A DNA stretch of 64,000 nucleotides from Nitrospirota bacterium (lineage in GTDB: Bacteria; Nitrospirota; Nitrospiria; Nitrospirales; NS-4): contig CAWBGA010000002.1 of NCBI GenBank assembly GCA_963788195.1, positions 128,001 through 192,000 of the forward strand, read 5' to 3'. The number at the start of each line of letters is the position of its first letter. Within the stretch, counting starts at the first letter, position 1. Made by a program: the position numbers and the translations under genes. Positions 51,535 through 63,579 of this stretch are shown here, piece by piece. Below the pieces are notes generated by a model. The model made no database searches, had not been told where the DNA came from, and worked only from the letters and a program-made list of their open reading frames with translations.

Positions 51535-52150
51535 ATGCGATTTCCTCTCGATGCGAAGCTCAAGGACGGGACGCCGATTCAGCTGGTGTTGGCGGGTCGA
51601 GGTGATCGAGAACCCCTGCACGACCTCTATCGGGTCATTGTCGAGGAAGGGGGCTCCTATCCGCATGATCGCGTGCCCAATCTCGAGGAGTTTGAAGAGT
51701 ACTGGTTTCGTGGGACGAGCACTGTGGCGGCGTATCGCATAGACGCGCAAGCGGAAGGCGCCATCGGCGCCTTCTATCTGAAGCCGAATTGGCCCGGGTC
51801 GGGCCAGGCATGTGGCCAACGCCGGCTTTATCGTGGCTCCTGCATGGCGAAACAAAGGGCTGGGGTGGCTGCTTGGAGCGGTGATGCTCGACTATGCACG
51901 CGATCTTGGATACCGAAGCGTTCTGTTTAATCTCGTCTTTTCGGAGAACCTGCCGGCACGACATTTATGGAAAAAACTAGGTTTCGTTGAGCTGGCCGCG
52001 ATCCCGAACGCCGTGCGCAAAAATGATGGAACCTGCCAGGAGGCGATTATCATGTTCCGGTCGCTGGGACGGGAAGGGGGTCAGGCTTCTTTTCTGAACA
52101 GAGATAGCTCGGTCACGGCAAAAGCAGAAAAGATGCCTGACCCCTTATGA
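51535..52150 (+). CDS. GNAT family N-acetyltransferase, frameshifted near 51800
   Basis: FYLKPNWPG then HVANAGFIVAPAWRNKGLG..FNLVFSENLPA..LWKKLGF. Confidence 0.8.
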
Positions 52151-52160
52151 AAGATCGAGC

Positions 52161-52853
52161 ATGAAAGTTGTACTCGACATCGAGACGATCCAATGTTCCA
52201 AGGAGGAGTGGGCCCGGTTGAAGGGCATCGCCCTTCTCTATGAAGAGGACCCTCCGGACCTGTTGACCGCAGGGGAAGCCGCGGAACAGGACAAGGAATA
52301 CGAAAAATCCTGCTTCGACTCCACCTTCTGTCAAATCGTCTGCATCGGCGGGATCATTCTGAACGATGCGTTCGAGCCGCAGGAGACCATAGCCTGGTAT
52401 GGCTCCAACGAGCGGGAGTTGCTTCGGCAGTTCTGGGCGCGGATCGGACAGCTCCGGCCGTCGCTGTTCATCACTCACAACGGCCTTGGCTTTGATCTCC
52501 CGGTTCTAAGAAACCGGTCCATTATTCAACGGGTGAAGCCGTCGGTGGATATCAGCTTAGCCAAGTACCGCACCGAGCCCGTCTTCGATACGCTCGCGGT
52601 CTGGTCCAATTGGGAAATGCGTGGAAGAATCAAACTCGATGTGTTGGCCAGAGTGCTGGGGTGCGAAACAAAGTCCGGTTCGGGGAATCAAGTGGCCGAG
52701 ATGTGGAAGGCCGGACGAGGGAAAGACATCGCAGAGTATTGTGTTCGTGACTGCTACGTGACCTACGCCTGCTACTCCAGAATGAACTTCCGCGAGCCTC
52801 TGGATCCTGAGAAAGTGCTGTCTAGCCCCAACCTGATTGAAGTGGCGGGATAA
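52161..52853 (+). CDS. 3'-5' exonuclease, PolB-related (DnaQ-like)
   Basis: LDIETI, THNGLGFDLP, IAEYCVRD. Confidence 0.85.
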   Translation: MKVVLDIETIQCSKEEWARLKGIALLYEEDPPDLLTAGEAAEQDKEYEKSCFDSTFCQIVCIGGIILNDAFEPQETIAWYGSNERELLRQFWARIGQLRPSLFITHNGLGFDLPVLRNRSIIQRVKPSVDISLAKYRTEPVFDTLAVWSNWEMRGRIKLDVLARVLGCETKSGSGNQVAEMWKAGRGKDIAEYCVRDCYVTYACYSRMNFREPLDPEKVLSSPNLIEVAG

Positions 52854-52883
52854 GACAAACTGCGCTCAGAGTGACGAGGAAGG

Positions 52884-53165
52884 CTAGGTTGTCCGCTGCG
52901 GGAAGACCTGCATGAAGGGATGGATTTCGTAGCGGGCGAAGACGCCCTCCGTGACGTACGGATCGTCTTTGAGAAAGGCTTGGACCTCTTCCAGAGAAGT
53001 CATATCTAGCACGATGAGGCTTCCGGCTTTATCGGTGAACGGCCCGGCCAGCAGCACCTTTCCGGCCTTATCCAAAGGATCCATTCTATCGAGGTGGGCC
53101 TGGCGATGTACCTTCCGTTTTTCCTGGCCATCGGCCCCGTCATGGCCGATGATGACGAAAATCAT
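52884..53165 (-). CDS. YciI family protein
   Basis: R..HRQAHL, LAGP, GSLIV, DDPY. Confidence 0.9.
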   Translation of the reverse strand: MIFVIIGHDGADGQEKRKVHRQAHLDRMDPLDKAGKVLLAGPFTDKAGSLIVLDMTSLEEVQAFLKDDPYVTEGVFARYEIHPFMQVFPQRTT

Positions 53166-53560
53166 GCATCCTCGGTAAGCGACTCGATGGGTTGGCGCCC
53201 GGTATAGCCATCCTCGATTTCGTGCCAGTAACCGATCTCCGATTCCCCCAATTTCCAGCAGAGATACACCACTCTGCCATCGTAAAGATAGGGGAAATCG
53301 CACAGCCCGACGTCCAAATCCTTTACTAAAACGCCCATTTCCTGGATCGCTTCGACGCTGTCACTGATACGCTCGAGGGCCCGTATATAGCGTGGCCCCG
53401 CGAAGCTACCACCGTTCATTTGGGCTTTCGCGCTGGCTCGCTTGACCTCTCCGTGACTGCGGACGAGGACCTCTTTTTCCTGTTTGACAGCGAGCAACCG
53501 CTCCTCAAGTTGAGGAAGCAGCTGTTTGGCCTCGGCGAGTGTAAAGGTGCGTTCGTCCAT
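53162..53560 (-). CDS. DUF2203 family protein
   Basis: FTLAEA..LLP, VKDLDVGLCDFP, YLCWKLGE..WH..GYTGRQPI. Confidence 0.9.
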   Translation of the reverse strand: MDERTFTLAEAKQLLPQLEERLLAVKQEKEVLVRSHGEVKRASAKAQMNGGSFAGPRYIRALERISDSVEAIQEMGVLVKDLDVGLCDFPYLYDGRVVYLCWKLGESEIGYWHEIEDGYTGRQPIESLTEDA

Positions 53561-53648
53561 GGAATGCCGTATGATAGCAAGGGGAAATCAAGATCGTCAA
53601 ACATGGCCGTGCCTGCCGGGGGAATACAGATCGCCAGGAAGAAAGTCA

Positions 53649-53677
53649 TTGACACGAGAACTGGCGCAAGCTATCCT
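53649..53677 (+). promoter_or_regulatory. Sigma70 promoter of rho
   Basis: TTGACA-N17-TATCCT. Confidence 0.6.
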
Positions 53678-53916
53678 ATGTTCTGTATTTGGCTTGTTTA
53701 GCCAACCACCTCCGTGATTTTCCCCGGGTTTTTTCTCAAGGAAATCATGCAATGACCACCCGGTAGAGGGTTCATAGCTTTGTGATGCATGAATAGCTCA
53801 GTGCCTAGCGCGTGAATCGTTCTTCACATCACCAAATGCGAAATATCCCATCGGCGTCCACGCACAGTACTGAAGGCTGCAATTTCGATAACGTGACTTA
53901 AGGAGGAAGGCCCCCG

Positions 53917-55215
53917 ATGACCCCTACTACCCCTGCAAGCCCTGCCCCCCCGGCGAAGGACACCGTGATGTATTTGACCCAACTAAAACAGCGAAATATC
54001 ACCGAACTCAACGAGGTCGCCAAAGATCTCAAGATCGAGGGCGCGGCGAACCTTCGCAAGCAGGAACTGATATTCGCGATCCTTCAAGCGCAAACCGAAA
54101 AGAACGGCGTGATCTACGGGGAAGGCGTATTGGAAACCCTTCCTGATGGTTTCGGCTTTTTGCGGGCGCCCGATTCCAACTACCTCCCGGGACCGGACGA
54201 CATTTATATTTCCCCATCTCAGATCCGGCGCTTCAACCTGAGAACGGGAGACATCGTGTCCGGGCAGATTCGTCCGCCCAAGGAAAGCGAGCGGTATTTT
54301 GCGCTGCTCAAGGTTGAAAAGATCAATTTCGAAGACCCCGAAGCTGCCAGGGACAAGATTCTTTTCGACAACTTAACGCCGCTGTATCCTGAGGAACGGA
54401 TCAACCTGGAGCACGATCCGGGCGAGTACTGTACCCGGGTCATGGAACTTACGACCCCCATCGGCAAGGGCCAGCGCGGTTTGATCGTCGCGGCCCCGCG
54501 CACCGGCAAGACCATGATGTTGCAGGCGATCGCGCGCGCGATCATCAAGAATCATCCGGAAATCATTCTTATTGTATTGCTTATTGATGAGCGTCCCGAA
54601 GAGGTAACTGACTGGCAACGTCAGGTCAAGGCTGAGGTAATCAGTTCGACCTTCGACGAGCCCGCACAGCGCCACGCGCAGGTGGCCGAGATGGTCATCG
54701 AGAAAGCGAAACGGCTGGTAGAGCACAAGCGGGATGTCGTGATCCTGCTCGACAGCATCACGCGACTGGCGCGGGCTTACAACACCATCGCCCCTCCGAG
54801 CGGCAAGGTGCTCTCAGGCGGTCTCGATTCGAACGCGCTTCAACGTCCCAAACGCTTCTTCGGCGCCGCCCGTAACATCGAGGACGGGGGAAGCTTGACG
54901 ATCATGGCCACAGCCCTGGTAGACACGGGCAGTCGCATGGACGACGTGATCTTTGAAGAGTTTAAGGGAACCGGCAATATGGAAGTTCATCTGGACCGGC
55001 GACTGGCGGACAAGCGGGTCTTCCCGGCAATCGAAATTGCGTCCTCCGGCACCCGTAAGGAAGAGCTCCTGGTGGATCGCGAGCGGCTCAATAAGATGTG
55101 GATTCTGCGCAAGGTCTTAAGCCCTCTCGGCACCATGGAAGCCATGGAGTTCCTGCTGGACAAAATTTCAGGGACCAAGACGAACAAGGAGTTTCTGGAT
55201 TCGATGAATCGGTAA
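53917..55215 (+). CDS. rho: Transcription termination factor Rho
   Basis: [45 protein letters not shown]. Confidence 0.99.
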   Translation: MTPTTPASPAPPAKDTVMYLTQLKQRNITELNEVAKDLKIEGAANLRKQELIFAILQAQTEKNGVIYGEGVLETLPDGFGFLRAPDSNYLPGPDDIYISPSQIRRFNLRTGDIVSGQIRPPKESERYFALLKVEKINFEDPEAARDKILFDNLTPLYPEERINLEHDPGEYCTRVMELTTPIGKGQRGLIVAAPRTGKTMMLQAIARAIIKNHPEIILIVLLIDERPEEVTDWQRQVKAEVISSTFDEPAQRHAQVAEMVIEKAKRLVEHKRDVVILLDSITRLARAYNTIAPPSGKVLSGGLDSNALQRPKRFFGAARNIEDGGSLTIMATALVDTGSRMDDVIFEEFKGTGNMEVHLDRRLADKRVFPAIEIASSGTRKEELLVDRERLNKMWILRKVLSPLGTMEAMEFLLDKISGTKTNKEFLDSMNR

Positions 55216-55298
55216 CCCCTCCTTGTTACCCTGACGGTAACCAAAATTTTGTTACCATCTGAACGGGGTAACAATTGTCATCCTGAAGATAACCAATT

Positions 55299-55350
55299 GT
55301 CATCCTGAACGAAGTGAAGGATCTAGATTCTTCGCTGCACTCAGAATGAC
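55299..55350. repeat. GTCATCCTGA..TCAGAATGAC palindromic element
   Basis: GTCATCCTGAACGAAGTGAAGGATCT/AGATTCTTCGCTGCACTCAGAATGAC hairpin, preceded by a duplicated CAATTGTCATCCTGAA. Confidence 0.7.
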
Positions 55351-55369
55351 ATGACTAAGGAGTCTTGCA

Positions 55370-55615
55370 ATGAAAGCTGGTATTCATCCGGAGTATAGCG
55401 AGGCGACGATCAGTTGCGCCTGCGGCTACAAGATCAAGACACGCTCGACCGTCGGTGACATCAAGCTCGAAATCTGCTCTCACTGCCACCCGTTCTTTAC
55501 GGGGACGCAGAAGATTATTGATACGGAAGGCCGCGTGGAGCGGTTTAAGAAGAAGTATAGAGACCAGAAGGCTGCCCCCGCGAAACCGGCAAAGGCTGCG
55601 GCGAAGACCCGCTGA
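55370..55615 (+). CDS. rpmE: 50S ribosomal protein L31, Zn-binding type
   Basis: [29 protein letters not shown]. Confidence 0.98.
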   Translation: MKAGIHPEYSEATISCACGYKIKTRSTVGDIKLEICSHCHPFFTGTQKIIDTEGRVERFKKKYRDQKAAPAKPAKAAAKTR

Positions 55616-55623
55616 ACGCGACA

Positions 55624-56703
55624 ATGCCCGCTGTTAAGGATTCGCCTATTTTGAGCAAGCTCGAAACGGCCGCCGTTCGAGTGGAGGAAATCGACCGGCT
55701 GTTATCGCAGCCTATGAAAGCCGGGCAGCAGAGCGACATCCAACGGCTGAATAAAGAGCGCTCGGAGCTGTCTGCGCAGGCGGAGCTGTACCAAGAATTC
55801 TTTGCCCTCTTGAAAGCCATGACCGAGGCCGAGGAGATGTTGGAAGATCCTCGGGCCGATATGAAAGAGCTTGCTCGTGAGGAGCTCAAAGAGCTTCAGA
55901 GCCGCAGATTGGATGTCGAAGGACGAGCCCGGGATCTGCTGATCGTTAAGGATCCGCGCGATGATAAGAATACGTTCATCGAAGTCCGTGCCGGTACCGG
56001 GGGTGAAGAAGCGGCGCTGTTCGGCGCCGAGCTCGTGCGTATGTACACGCGGTATGCGGAAGGCAGGCGTTGGCGCGTGGAAATCATCGACTCCAGCCTG
56101 ACTGAGCTCGGCGGAGTAAAAGAGGCCGTTCTCCTCATCGAGGGGAAGTTAGTGTACAGCCGCTTAAAGCACGAGAGCGGCGTCCACCGGGTACAGCGGG
56201 TCCCTGCCACTGAAAGCTCCGGGCGCATTCACACCTCGACCGTGACGGTGGCGGTCATGGCGGAAGCCGAGGAGGTGGATGTCCAGATTGACCCCAAGGA
56301 CCTGAAGATCGATACCTTCTGTTCCTCCGGGGCAGGGGGGCAGAGCGTCAATACGACGTACTCGGCGGTTCGGATCACGCATATCCCGACTGGAATTGTC
56401 GTCTCCTGCCAGGATGAACGCTCCCAATTGAAGAACCGCAACAAGGCAATGCGAAACCTGCGCACCCGTATCATGGACGCGGAGCAAGCCAAGCAGGATA
56501 GCGAGATCGCGCAGCAGCGCAAGTCACAGGTCGGCACGGGTGACCGAAGTGAGAAGATCAGAACCTACAACTATCCCCAGAATCGGGTGACTGACCATCG
56601 CATCGGGCTGACACTGCATCGTTTGGACCAGGTGCTTCAGGGCGATCTGGATGAGATCCTCGACGCGTTGATTGCGGCCGATCAGACCTTGGGCCCGGAC
56701 TAA
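55624..56703 (+). CDS. prfA: Peptide chain release factor 1
   Basis: [17 protein letters not shown] (PxT), GAGGQ. Confidence 0.98.
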   Translation: MPAVKDSPILSKLETAAVRVEEIDRLLSQPMKAGQQSDIQRLNKERSELSAQAELYQEFFALLKAMTEAEEMLEDPRADMKELAREELKELQSRRLDVEGRARDLLIVKDPRDDKNTFIEVRAGTGGEEAALFGAELVRMYTRYAEGRRWRVEIIDSSLTELGGVKEAVLLIEGKLVYSRLKHESGVHRVQRVPATESSGRIHTSTVTVAVMAEAEEVDVQIDPKDLKIDTFCSSGAGGQSVNTTYSAVRITHIPTGIVVSCQDERSQLKNRNKAMRNLRTRIMDAEQAKQDSEIAQQRKSQVGTGDRSEKIRTYNYPQNRVTDHRIGLTLHRLDQVLQGDLDEILDALIAADQTLGPD

Positions 56704-56706
56704 GCA

Positions 56707-57592
56707 ATGATCGCGCTGCCCGCAGCGCCAGCGCTCATGCTTCGCCAACTGCGGTTGCTGCGCCTCGGATGCGATGACAGCGGCGGGCGTGGAGAACCCT
56801 CGGCGCGAAGCGGATTGGTTATTGGCACACGCGCTGCGTCTCACCTCTGCACAACTGGTTACCGACACGGATCGCATGCTCGAGGCCGCGCAAGCCTGCA
56901 AGGCGTGGTCGTTCATTGAACGCCGCGTCGCCCGGGAACCCCTGCAGTATATTCTCGGCACTCAGGAGTTTCAGGGGCTTGAGATTGCCGTGACGTCGGA
57001 TGTCCTCATACCCAGGCCCGAAACGGAGCTCCTTGTCGAAGAAGCGACCCACGCAATCGTGGCGCACCCAAGACCCGTGATCGCCGATGTCGGCACCGGT
57101 TCGGGGTGCATCGCGATCGCCCTGGCAAAAGCGTGCCCGACTGCCAGAATCTACGCGAGCGACATTTCATGGCCCGCATTGGCGGTTGCCCGTAGGAATG
57201 TTGCGGAACATGATGTCGCCCGCCAGGTGAAATTTGTTCACGCTGATCTATTGAATCCCTTTGCTGTTGCGCCTGAGGGCAGCTTCGACGCCGTTGTCTC
57301 GAACCCACCCTATGTCCCAGACGGCGCGATTGAGGCCCTGGAACCCGAAGTGAGCCGCTATGAACCACGCCTTGCGTTGGCCGCAGGCATAGACGGCCTG
57401 ACCTACTACCGACGCCTCTTGAGTGCAGCCCCCGTCCTGCTGAAGCCTGGCGGGCATCTGATCGTGGAGCTAGGCTACGGGCAGGCGACTGCCGTCCGAA
57501 AACTGGCTGAGACGACCGGGCTGTCGGTGTTGCGCTGTCGAAAAGATGATGCGGGAATCGAACGTGTTCTGATCCTTCGGAGACCCATCTAG
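56707..57592 (+). CDS. prmC: Release factor glutamine methyltransferase, probable frameshift near 56760
   Basis: [31 protein letters not shown]. Confidence 0.93.
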
Positions 57593-58854
57593 TGGAGAGC
57601 ATGGTGATTCAAGGCGAGCACCGGCTTTCGGGCTCGGTCCGAATCGGGGGCGCAAAGAATGCCGCGCTGCCGATCATGGCCGCAACCCTGTTGGGAGAGG
57701 GGCCTTGCACGCTGACCAATGTTCCGCGCGTCGCAGATGTTCTCACCATGTCCAAGCTCCTGAAGCATCTGGGGGCGACCGTCGAGACTACCGGTGACCG
57801 GTTTACTGTCTCCGTAGATGGCATCTCGTCCTGCCGAGCGCCCTATAAGCTGGTGAAGACCATGCGGGCCTCCGTCCTGGTCCTCGGCCCACTAATAGCT
57901 CGGTATGGCGAGGCGGTGGTGGCCTTACCCGGCGGATGTGCGATTGGATCCCGGCCGATCAATTTGCATTTGAGTGCGCTTGAGCGGATGGGCGCAGAGA
58001 TCAGGATCGAACATGGCAATGTGCACGCACGGGTCGGCGGACGGTTGCGTGGAGCACGGATTTATTTCGACGTCAGCACCGTCACGGGCACAGAAAACAT
58101 CATGATGGCTGCCTGCCTGGCGGAAGGCGTGACGGTTATTGAGAACGCCGCGCGCGAGCCCGAGATCGGGGACCTCGCGCAGTTTCTGATGAGACGCGGC
58201 GCGCGGATTGACGGCGCCGGTACGGACGTGATCACAATCGAAGGGGTGCCAAGTCTGCACGGCGCCGACCATGAGATCATTCCTGATCGCATCGAGACCG
58301 CGACATATCTTGTGGCCGGGGCAATTACGCGTGGCGATGTCACGGTGGAAAGGTGCCGACCGGATCATTCCGAGGCATTTCTGGCCAAGTTGAGAGAGGC
58401 GGGCGCAGATCTGGTGATCGGGAAAGAGACGATCCGAGTCCGCGCGCCGCAACGGCTCCGCTCCGTGGACATTAAGACCTTGCCGTATCCGGGATTTCCC
58501 ACGGATGGGCAGGCCCAACTAATGGCCCTGATGGCGGTTGCGCATGGTTCGAGTATGATAACTGAGACGGTGTTCGAAAGCCGCTTTATGCATGTGCTCG
58601 AACTGCAACGCATGGGGGCGGAGATCCGCATCGATGGCAAGCACGCGGTGGTGGCGGGGGTAGAACGGCTAAGCGCGGCGCCGGTGATGGCCTCGGACCT
58701 GCGCGCCAGCGCCTGTTTGATTCTGGCCGGACTGGCGGCCGAGGGGGAAACGCGGGTCGGCCGCGTCTACCACCTGGACCGCGGTTACGAGCAACTGGAT
58801 CAGAAACTGGCGGGCCTGGGCGCGCGGATCAGCAGGGCGCAGGAGTGGGAATGA
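57592..58854 (+). CDS. murA: UDP-N-acetylglucosamine 1-carboxyvinyltransferase
   Basis: [30 protein letters not shown]. Confidence 0.98.
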   Translation: MESMVIQGEHRLSGSVRIGGAKNAALPIMAATLLGEGPCTLTNVPRVADVLTMSKLLKHLGATVETTGDRFTVSVDGISSCRAPYKLVKTMRASVLVLGPLIARYGEAVVALPGGCAIGSRPINLHLSALERMGAEIRIEHGNVHARVGGRLRGARIYFDVSTVTGTENIMMAACLAEGVTVIENAAREPEIGDLAQFLMRRGARIDGAGTDVITIEGVPSLHGADHEIIPDRIETATYLVAGAITRGDVTVERCRPDHSEAFLAKLREAGADLVIGKETIRVRAPQRLRSVDIKTLPYPGFPTDGQAQLMALMAVAHGSSMITETVFESRFMHVLELQRMGAEIRIDGKHAVVAGVERLSAAPVMASDLRASACLILAGLAAEGETRVGRVYHLDRGYEQLDQKLAGLGARISRAQEWE

Positions 58855-59504
58855 AGGGCGGTACCAGTAATCTGACAATCGCCCTCTGCAAGGGAAAGCT
58901 CCTCGAACCCGCGATGGAGTTGCTCTCGCGCATTGGCCTGCTCTCCAATAGAATCGGGAAGGACAGCAGACGGCTGGTGTTTGAGAATCCAGCCAGCGGC
59001 ACGACGATCATGATCATCCGCGCCAGCGATGTTCCCACCTATGTGGAATATGGCGCGGTGGATGCGGGTATCGTCGGAGCGGATGTGTTGATGGAGCAAG
59101 CGACGGATGTGTATGAGCCTCTGGACCTTGGGTTTGGAGCCTGCCGCCTGGCGGTCGCCGGTCCGCCCCAAGTCAAATCAAACGGCAGGGTGACGAAGTT
59201 GCGTGTCGCAACGAAATACCCGAATGTAACAGAGAGGCATTTCACTCACAAAGGCATCCCCATCGAGATCATCAAGTTGTACGGGTCGATAGAATTAGCG
59301 CCGATGGTCGGCCTGGCGGACTGCATCGTGGACCTCGTCTCAACGGGGAAGACCTTAAAAGCGCACCATCTCGTCGTGAAGGAGGTGATTGCGACATCTA
59401 CGGCGCGCTTGATCGTGAATCGCGCGAGCTTGAAGCTGAAGTACCAACGTGTGAACGACCTGATCGAGGCCCTACGCAAGGGTCTACAGGCAGGGCGCGC
59501 ATGA
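58851..59504 (+). CDS. hisG: ATP phosphoribosyltransferase, short form
   Basis: [29 protein letters not shown]. Confidence 0.96.
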   Translation: MKGGTSNLTIALCKGKLLEPAMELLSRIGLLSNRIGKDSRRLVFENPASGTTIMIIRASDVPTYVEYGAVDAGIVGADVLMEQATDVYEPLDLGFGACRLAVAGPPQVKSNGRVTKLRVATKYPNVTERHFTHKGIPIEIIKLYGSIELAPMVGLADCIVDLVSTGKTLKAHHLVVKEVIATSTARLIVNRASLKLKYQRVNDLIEALRKGLQAGRA

Positions 59505-60790
59505 AAATCGTCGCAGCAGGCGATCGGGGCTTCAAGCTGGCGGTCAAAAAGGTGGTATCGCGATCGTCGTTGCAAGGCGACAAGGTTGAAGCCAGCGTTC
59601 GCTCTATCCTCAAAGCGGTTGAGCGAGGCGGAGACACCGCCGTAAGCCGGTACACACAGAAGTTCGACAAGGTATCAATCAAGCCGGAAGCCTTTCGTGT
59701 AACGCCGGACCAGATGCGGGAGGCCTACTATAAGATTCGAAAGGAGCACGGTGACGCCTTACGCTATGCGGCGCACCGCATCACCGCCTTTCATGAACGC
59801 CAGAAGGCCGCCCTGCGTACCTGGATGTACCAGGATGGGAGCATCACGCTCGGACAGACAGTCCTTCCGTTGGACGCCGTTGGACTCTACGTGCCTGGCG
59901 GGAAGGCGGTCTACCCGTCCTCCGTGCTCATGAGCGCCATTCCGGCCAAGGTCGCCGGTGTCAGGCGTATTGTCATGTGCTCGCCCACTCCGCGGGGAGA
60001 GGTGAGCCCCTATCTGCTGGTGGCGGCCGATATCGCCGGCGTAGATGAGGTATATCGCATTGGCGGCGTACAGGCCATTGGAGCGTTGACGTACGGCACA
60101 AAGACCATTGCCCGGGTCGACAAGATCATAGGTCCGGGGAACATCTTTGTGGCTACCGCAAAACGACTGGTCTACGGCCGCGTCGATATCGATATGATCG
60201 CCGGTCCGAGCGAATTGCTGGTGCTCGCCGATGGAGCAGCAAACCCGGTTCACATTGCCGCGGACCTGTTATGCGAGGCGGAGCACGATGAAAATGCATC
60301 GGTCTGGTTGGTGACGACTTCGGCCAAGCTGGCGCAGGCAGTGGTGCGGCGGGTTGAGGAGCAGGTGAAATCGCTCACGCGCCAGAAGATCGCCGGACGT
60401 GCGATTCACCATAATGCCGTCGCATTCGTCGTACCCGACTTGGATGAAGGGGTCGACCTGGCGAACGAAATTGCTCCCGAGCATCTAACCTTGTCGGTGG
60501 AAAACCCTTTTAAATACATCGAAAAAGTCCGCCACGCCGGCGCGCTGTTTATCGGCCGCTACACCGCTCCGGCTCTTGCTGATTACGTGGCCGGCCCCAA
60601 TCACATTCTGCCCACCGGTGGCGCCGCCCGATTCCATTCGGCGCTCTCCCTGGACGCCTACGTGAAAAAGTCGAATATCATTTCGTATACCAAAGAGGAT
60701 CTGTTTAAGGCTAAGGATCACGTCATTCGATTGGCCCATATGGAAGGGCTGGAAGCGCACGCCCAATCCCTGGAAGTCCGTCTGAAATGA
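59501..60790 (+). CDS. hisD: Histidinol dehydrogenase
   Basis: YVPGGKA.YPSS, GPGN, IDMIAGPSE, APEHL, GPNHILPT. Confidence 0.97.
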   Translation: MKIVAAGDRGFKLAVKKVVSRSSLQGDKVEASVRSILKAVERGGDTAVSRYTQKFDKVSIKPEAFRVTPDQMREAYYKIRKEHGDALRYAAHRITAFHERQKAALRTWMYQDGSITLGQTVLPLDAVGLYVPGGKAVYPSSVLMSAIPAKVAGVRRIVMCSPTPRGEVSPYLLVAADIAGVDEVYRIGGVQAIGALTYGTKTIARVDKIIGPGNIFVATAKRLVYGRVDIDMIAGPSELLVLADGAANPVHIAADLLCEAEHDENASVWLVTTSAKLAQAVVRRVEEQVKSLTRQKIAGRAIHHNAVAFVVPDLDEGVDLANEIAPEHLTLSVENPFKYIEKVRHAGALFIGRYTAPALADYVAGPNHILPTGGAARFHSALSLDAYVKKSNIISYTKEDLFKAKDHVIRLAHMEGLEAHAQSLEVRLK

Positions 60791-60820
60791 AAACAGCAAA
60801 AAAGACGGGACGGCCGGTCC

Positions 60821-61462
60821 TTGTCCGCGTGGCCCCGAGCGATCAGCCCCGCGCGCCGAAGTCCGCGCAGATCTGGCCCCTCGGCGGCGTTCGTCGAGCG
60901 GAATACGACGGAAAGTCAGATCAGCGTTAAGTTGGGTCTCCAGGGAAACGGCAACCGGAGGATCACCACGACAATTCCGTTTCTTGACCACATGCTGGAC
61001 CTGCTCGCGAAGCATGGGTTCTTTGATCTCACGATCAAGGCCAAGGGCGACACCCATATTGACGACCATCACACCGTCGAAGACATCGGGATCGTTCTCG
61101 GTGAAGCGCTCAAGCAAGCGTTGGGGAAAAAAGAAGGCGTTAGGAGATTCGGAACAGCCTGGGCGCCTCTCGATGAGACCCTGGCGCAGGTGACTGTCGA
61201 TCTTAGCGGCCGCCCGTATCTGGTGTATAACGTGAAGCTTCCGCATCGGCGGATCAAGGGCTTGGATCTCTACCTGTTCGAGGATTTCTTCCAAGCGTTT
61301 TCAACCCACGCGGCAATGAATCTTCACATTAATGTGCCCTATGGCCGCAACCCGCATCACATTATGGAGGCGATCTTCAAGGCGTTGGCCAAGGCCTTGG
61401 ATCAGGCTGTCTCGATCGATCCTCGGGTCTCTGGGGTGCTGTCAACAAAAGGAAGTTTGTAG
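60821..61462 (+). CDS. hisB: Imidazoleglycerol-phosphate dehydratase; true start possibly ATG 60787 across an indel
   Basis: [31 protein letters not shown]. Confidence 0.95.
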   Translation: MSAWPRAISPARRSPRRSGPSAAFVERNTTESQISVKLGLQGNGNRRITTTIPFLDHMLDLLAKHGFFDLTIKAKGDTHIDDHHTVEDIGIVLGEALKQALGKKEGVRRFGTAWAPLDETLAQVTVDLSGRPYLVYNVKLPHRRIKGLDLYLFEDFFQAFSTHAAMNLHINVPYGRNPHHIMEAIFKALAKALDQAVSIDPRVSGVLSTKGSL

Positions 61463-61497
61463 CGTCACCCCCCGAGTTCTTCAGGTAGAATAGTGAG

Positions 61498-62124
61498 ATG
61501 ATTGCGATTATTGATTATGACATGGGAAATCTGCGCTCGGTCGAAAAGGCATTCGAAGCCGTGGGTCATCGCGCGGTCATCACGCGTCAGCGTCAAGTCA
61601 TTGCGGACGCGAGTCATGTGGTATTGCCGGGCGTGGGGGCCTTTGGCGATTGCATGCGCAATCTTGAGTCCTACGATCTGATCGATCCGATCCGGCAAAG
61701 CATTGCGTCCGGAAAACCATTTCTGGGAATCTGCCTGGGCTTGCAGCTCCTGTTTACCGAGAGCGAAGAGTTCGGCTCACACAAAGGTCTCAACGTGCTT
61801 CCGGGCAAGGTCGTCCGCTTTCGATCCCAGCAGACCGAAGGGGACCTGGAGCCGTTAAAGATCCCGCACATGGGGTGGAATGCAATACGCATGAAGAAGC
61901 CCTCGAGGCTCCTTGAGGGTCTTGGCGAGGGCTCCTACATGTATTTTGTCCATTCATATCATGTGGCGCCGGAGCAGACAGACGTTGTCTGCACTGCGAC
62001 CGAGTACGGCGGGTCCTTTGTATCCAGCATTGCGCGAGACAACATCTTTGGATGCCAGTTTCATCCCGAAAAAAGCCAGGCAGGTGGACTTAAAATGCTG
62101 AAGAACTTCGGCGATCTGTCATGA
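61498..62124 (+). CDS. hisH: Imidazole glycerol phosphate synthase, glutaminase subunit
   Basis: PGVGAF, GICLGLQ, PHMGWN, QFHPEKS. Confidence 0.97.
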   Translation: MIAIIDYDMGNLRSVEKAFEAVGHRAVITRQRQVIADASHVVLPGVGAFGDCMRNLESYDLIDPIRQSIASGKPFLGICLGLQLLFTESEEFGSHKGLNVLPGKVVRFRSQQTEGDLEPLKIPHMGWNAIRMKKPSRLLEGLGEGSYMYFVHSYHVAPEQTDVVCTATEYGGSFVSSIARDNIFGCQFHPEKSQAGGLKMLKNFGDLS

Positions 62125-62808
62125 TGCGTCGCTCGCTTACATATTGTGCGATGCCGATCTTCATGCTCACAATAGTTGCGTGTGGGGGGAAGACTAACGA
62201 GGCCCTCACCGTTCCAGAGATCGAGCAATATAGAATCGTGCGGATTGCCGTGCTTCCCTTTAGCGTGGAACGCCGCCCCACGCTCGGTCAAGAGCGAGGG
62301 TATGCGGCACCGGCGCCGCCGTTGGAGGCGGGCGAACAGCTCAGTGACATTTTCTATCGAAAGTTGAAAAACTGGGAAGGGATCGATGTCATTCCCTCGT
62401 ATGAGGTCCAAAGCGCGATGTCCATGGTTGCTGGCAGACCGCTGACCAAGGCAGCCATTACATTGATCGGACAAAAGCTTGGCGCGGATGCCGTTCTCGT
62501 GGGGACTGTTGAAGTCTACAAAGAGCGCACGGGAAGCGCGATGGGGTTGGATCGGCCGCAGGATGCCGCCGAGGTGGGTTTTGCAGCTCAATTGATCAGC
62601 GTCAAAGACGGCGTGCCATTGTGGACCGGTCAGTATTATGAGCGCCAACGGCCGGCCACCGAAGACCTCTCAGGGCTATTGGAACGAGGACCACGCTACC
62701 TTACGGTCGAGCAGCTCGCAAATTCCGCCGTGGACCACGTCCTGCGCAAGTTTCCCCTCGGCCGGCCTCCTCGAAAGTCGACCGGGGTCTACCCAGGCCG
62801 TGCAGTGA
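62121..62808 (+). CDS. Lipoprotein (TolB-N/CsgG/GNA1162-like fold) within the his operon
   Basis: Lipobox TIVAC; RIAVLPF..LGADAVLVGTV..LW. In the given sequence it runs in frame into hisA. Confidence 0.6.
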
Positions 62809-63525
62809 TTGTTATCCCTGCCATCGATCTCAAAGACGGCCGGTGCGTACGATTACGGCAGGGTCAGATGCACGATGAGACCGTATATTCCAAGGACCCT
62901 GCGGAACTCGCCCGGCATTGGGAGTCCGAGGGAGCGCAACTTCTTCATGTCGTAGATCTAAACGGGGCGGTACAGGGATCGCCGCGCAACCGAAGCGCCA
63001 TCGAAGCGATCCTCAAAGCTGTACGAATTCCCGTGCAGGTGGGAGGCGGCATCCGCGATCTGCGTACGATTGAAGACTACTTTACAGCCGGTGCGACGCG
63101 GGTCGTCCTCGGGACCGCCGTGAGCGAAAATCTGAAAATGCTCGAGGAGGCTTCCGCGCTTTTTCCCGGGCGCCTGATTGCCGGAGTGGATGCCAAAGAC
63201 GGCAAGCTCGCGATCCGTGGATGGACGGAGATTCTTGAGCAAGAGGCAACGGAGTTTGTCGGGCGCTTCAAGAACTTTCCCCTGTATGCGGTCATTTATA
63301 CCGATATCGGCCAGGATGGCATGCTGGCAGGGACCAAATGTTGAAGCGTTGAGACGCATGGCGTCGGCTTGTCCCGTGCCCTTGATTGCTTCGGGGGGTA
63401 TCACGAGAGTTGAGGATCTTCGCGAGGTGCAGAGCATTGGGGCAACCGTGATCGGAGCCATTGTCGGAAAGGCGCTATACGAAGGGATGATCAAACTGCG
63501 GGTCGCGATGGCCGCTGTCGCATAA
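62805..63525 (+). CDS. hisA: ProFAR isomerase HisA, extra G near 63331
   Basis: VIPAIDLKDGRCVRL, HVVDLNGA, QVGGGIR, YTDIGQDGML, then GPNVE..ASGGI..GKALYEG. Confidence 0.93.
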
Positions 63526-63531
63526 CATAAG

Positions 63532-63579
63532 ATGCTCGCGAAGCGGATCATTCCATGCCTGGACGTGAAAGCCGGCCGG
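63532..63579 (+). pseudogene. Duplicated 5' fragment (16 codons) of hisF
   Basis: ATGCTCGCGAAGCGGATCATTCCATGCCTGGACGTGAAAGCCGGCCGG encodes [16 protein letters not shown], then runs into repeat DNA. Confidence 0.8.

Noticed and set aside
62121..63344. Apparent lipoprotein::HisA fusion in the ORF track
   Set aside because: hisA begins at a GTGA (62805-62808), the usual stop/start overlap, so one indel upstream would separate the genes. An exported HisA is implausible and indels are common here.
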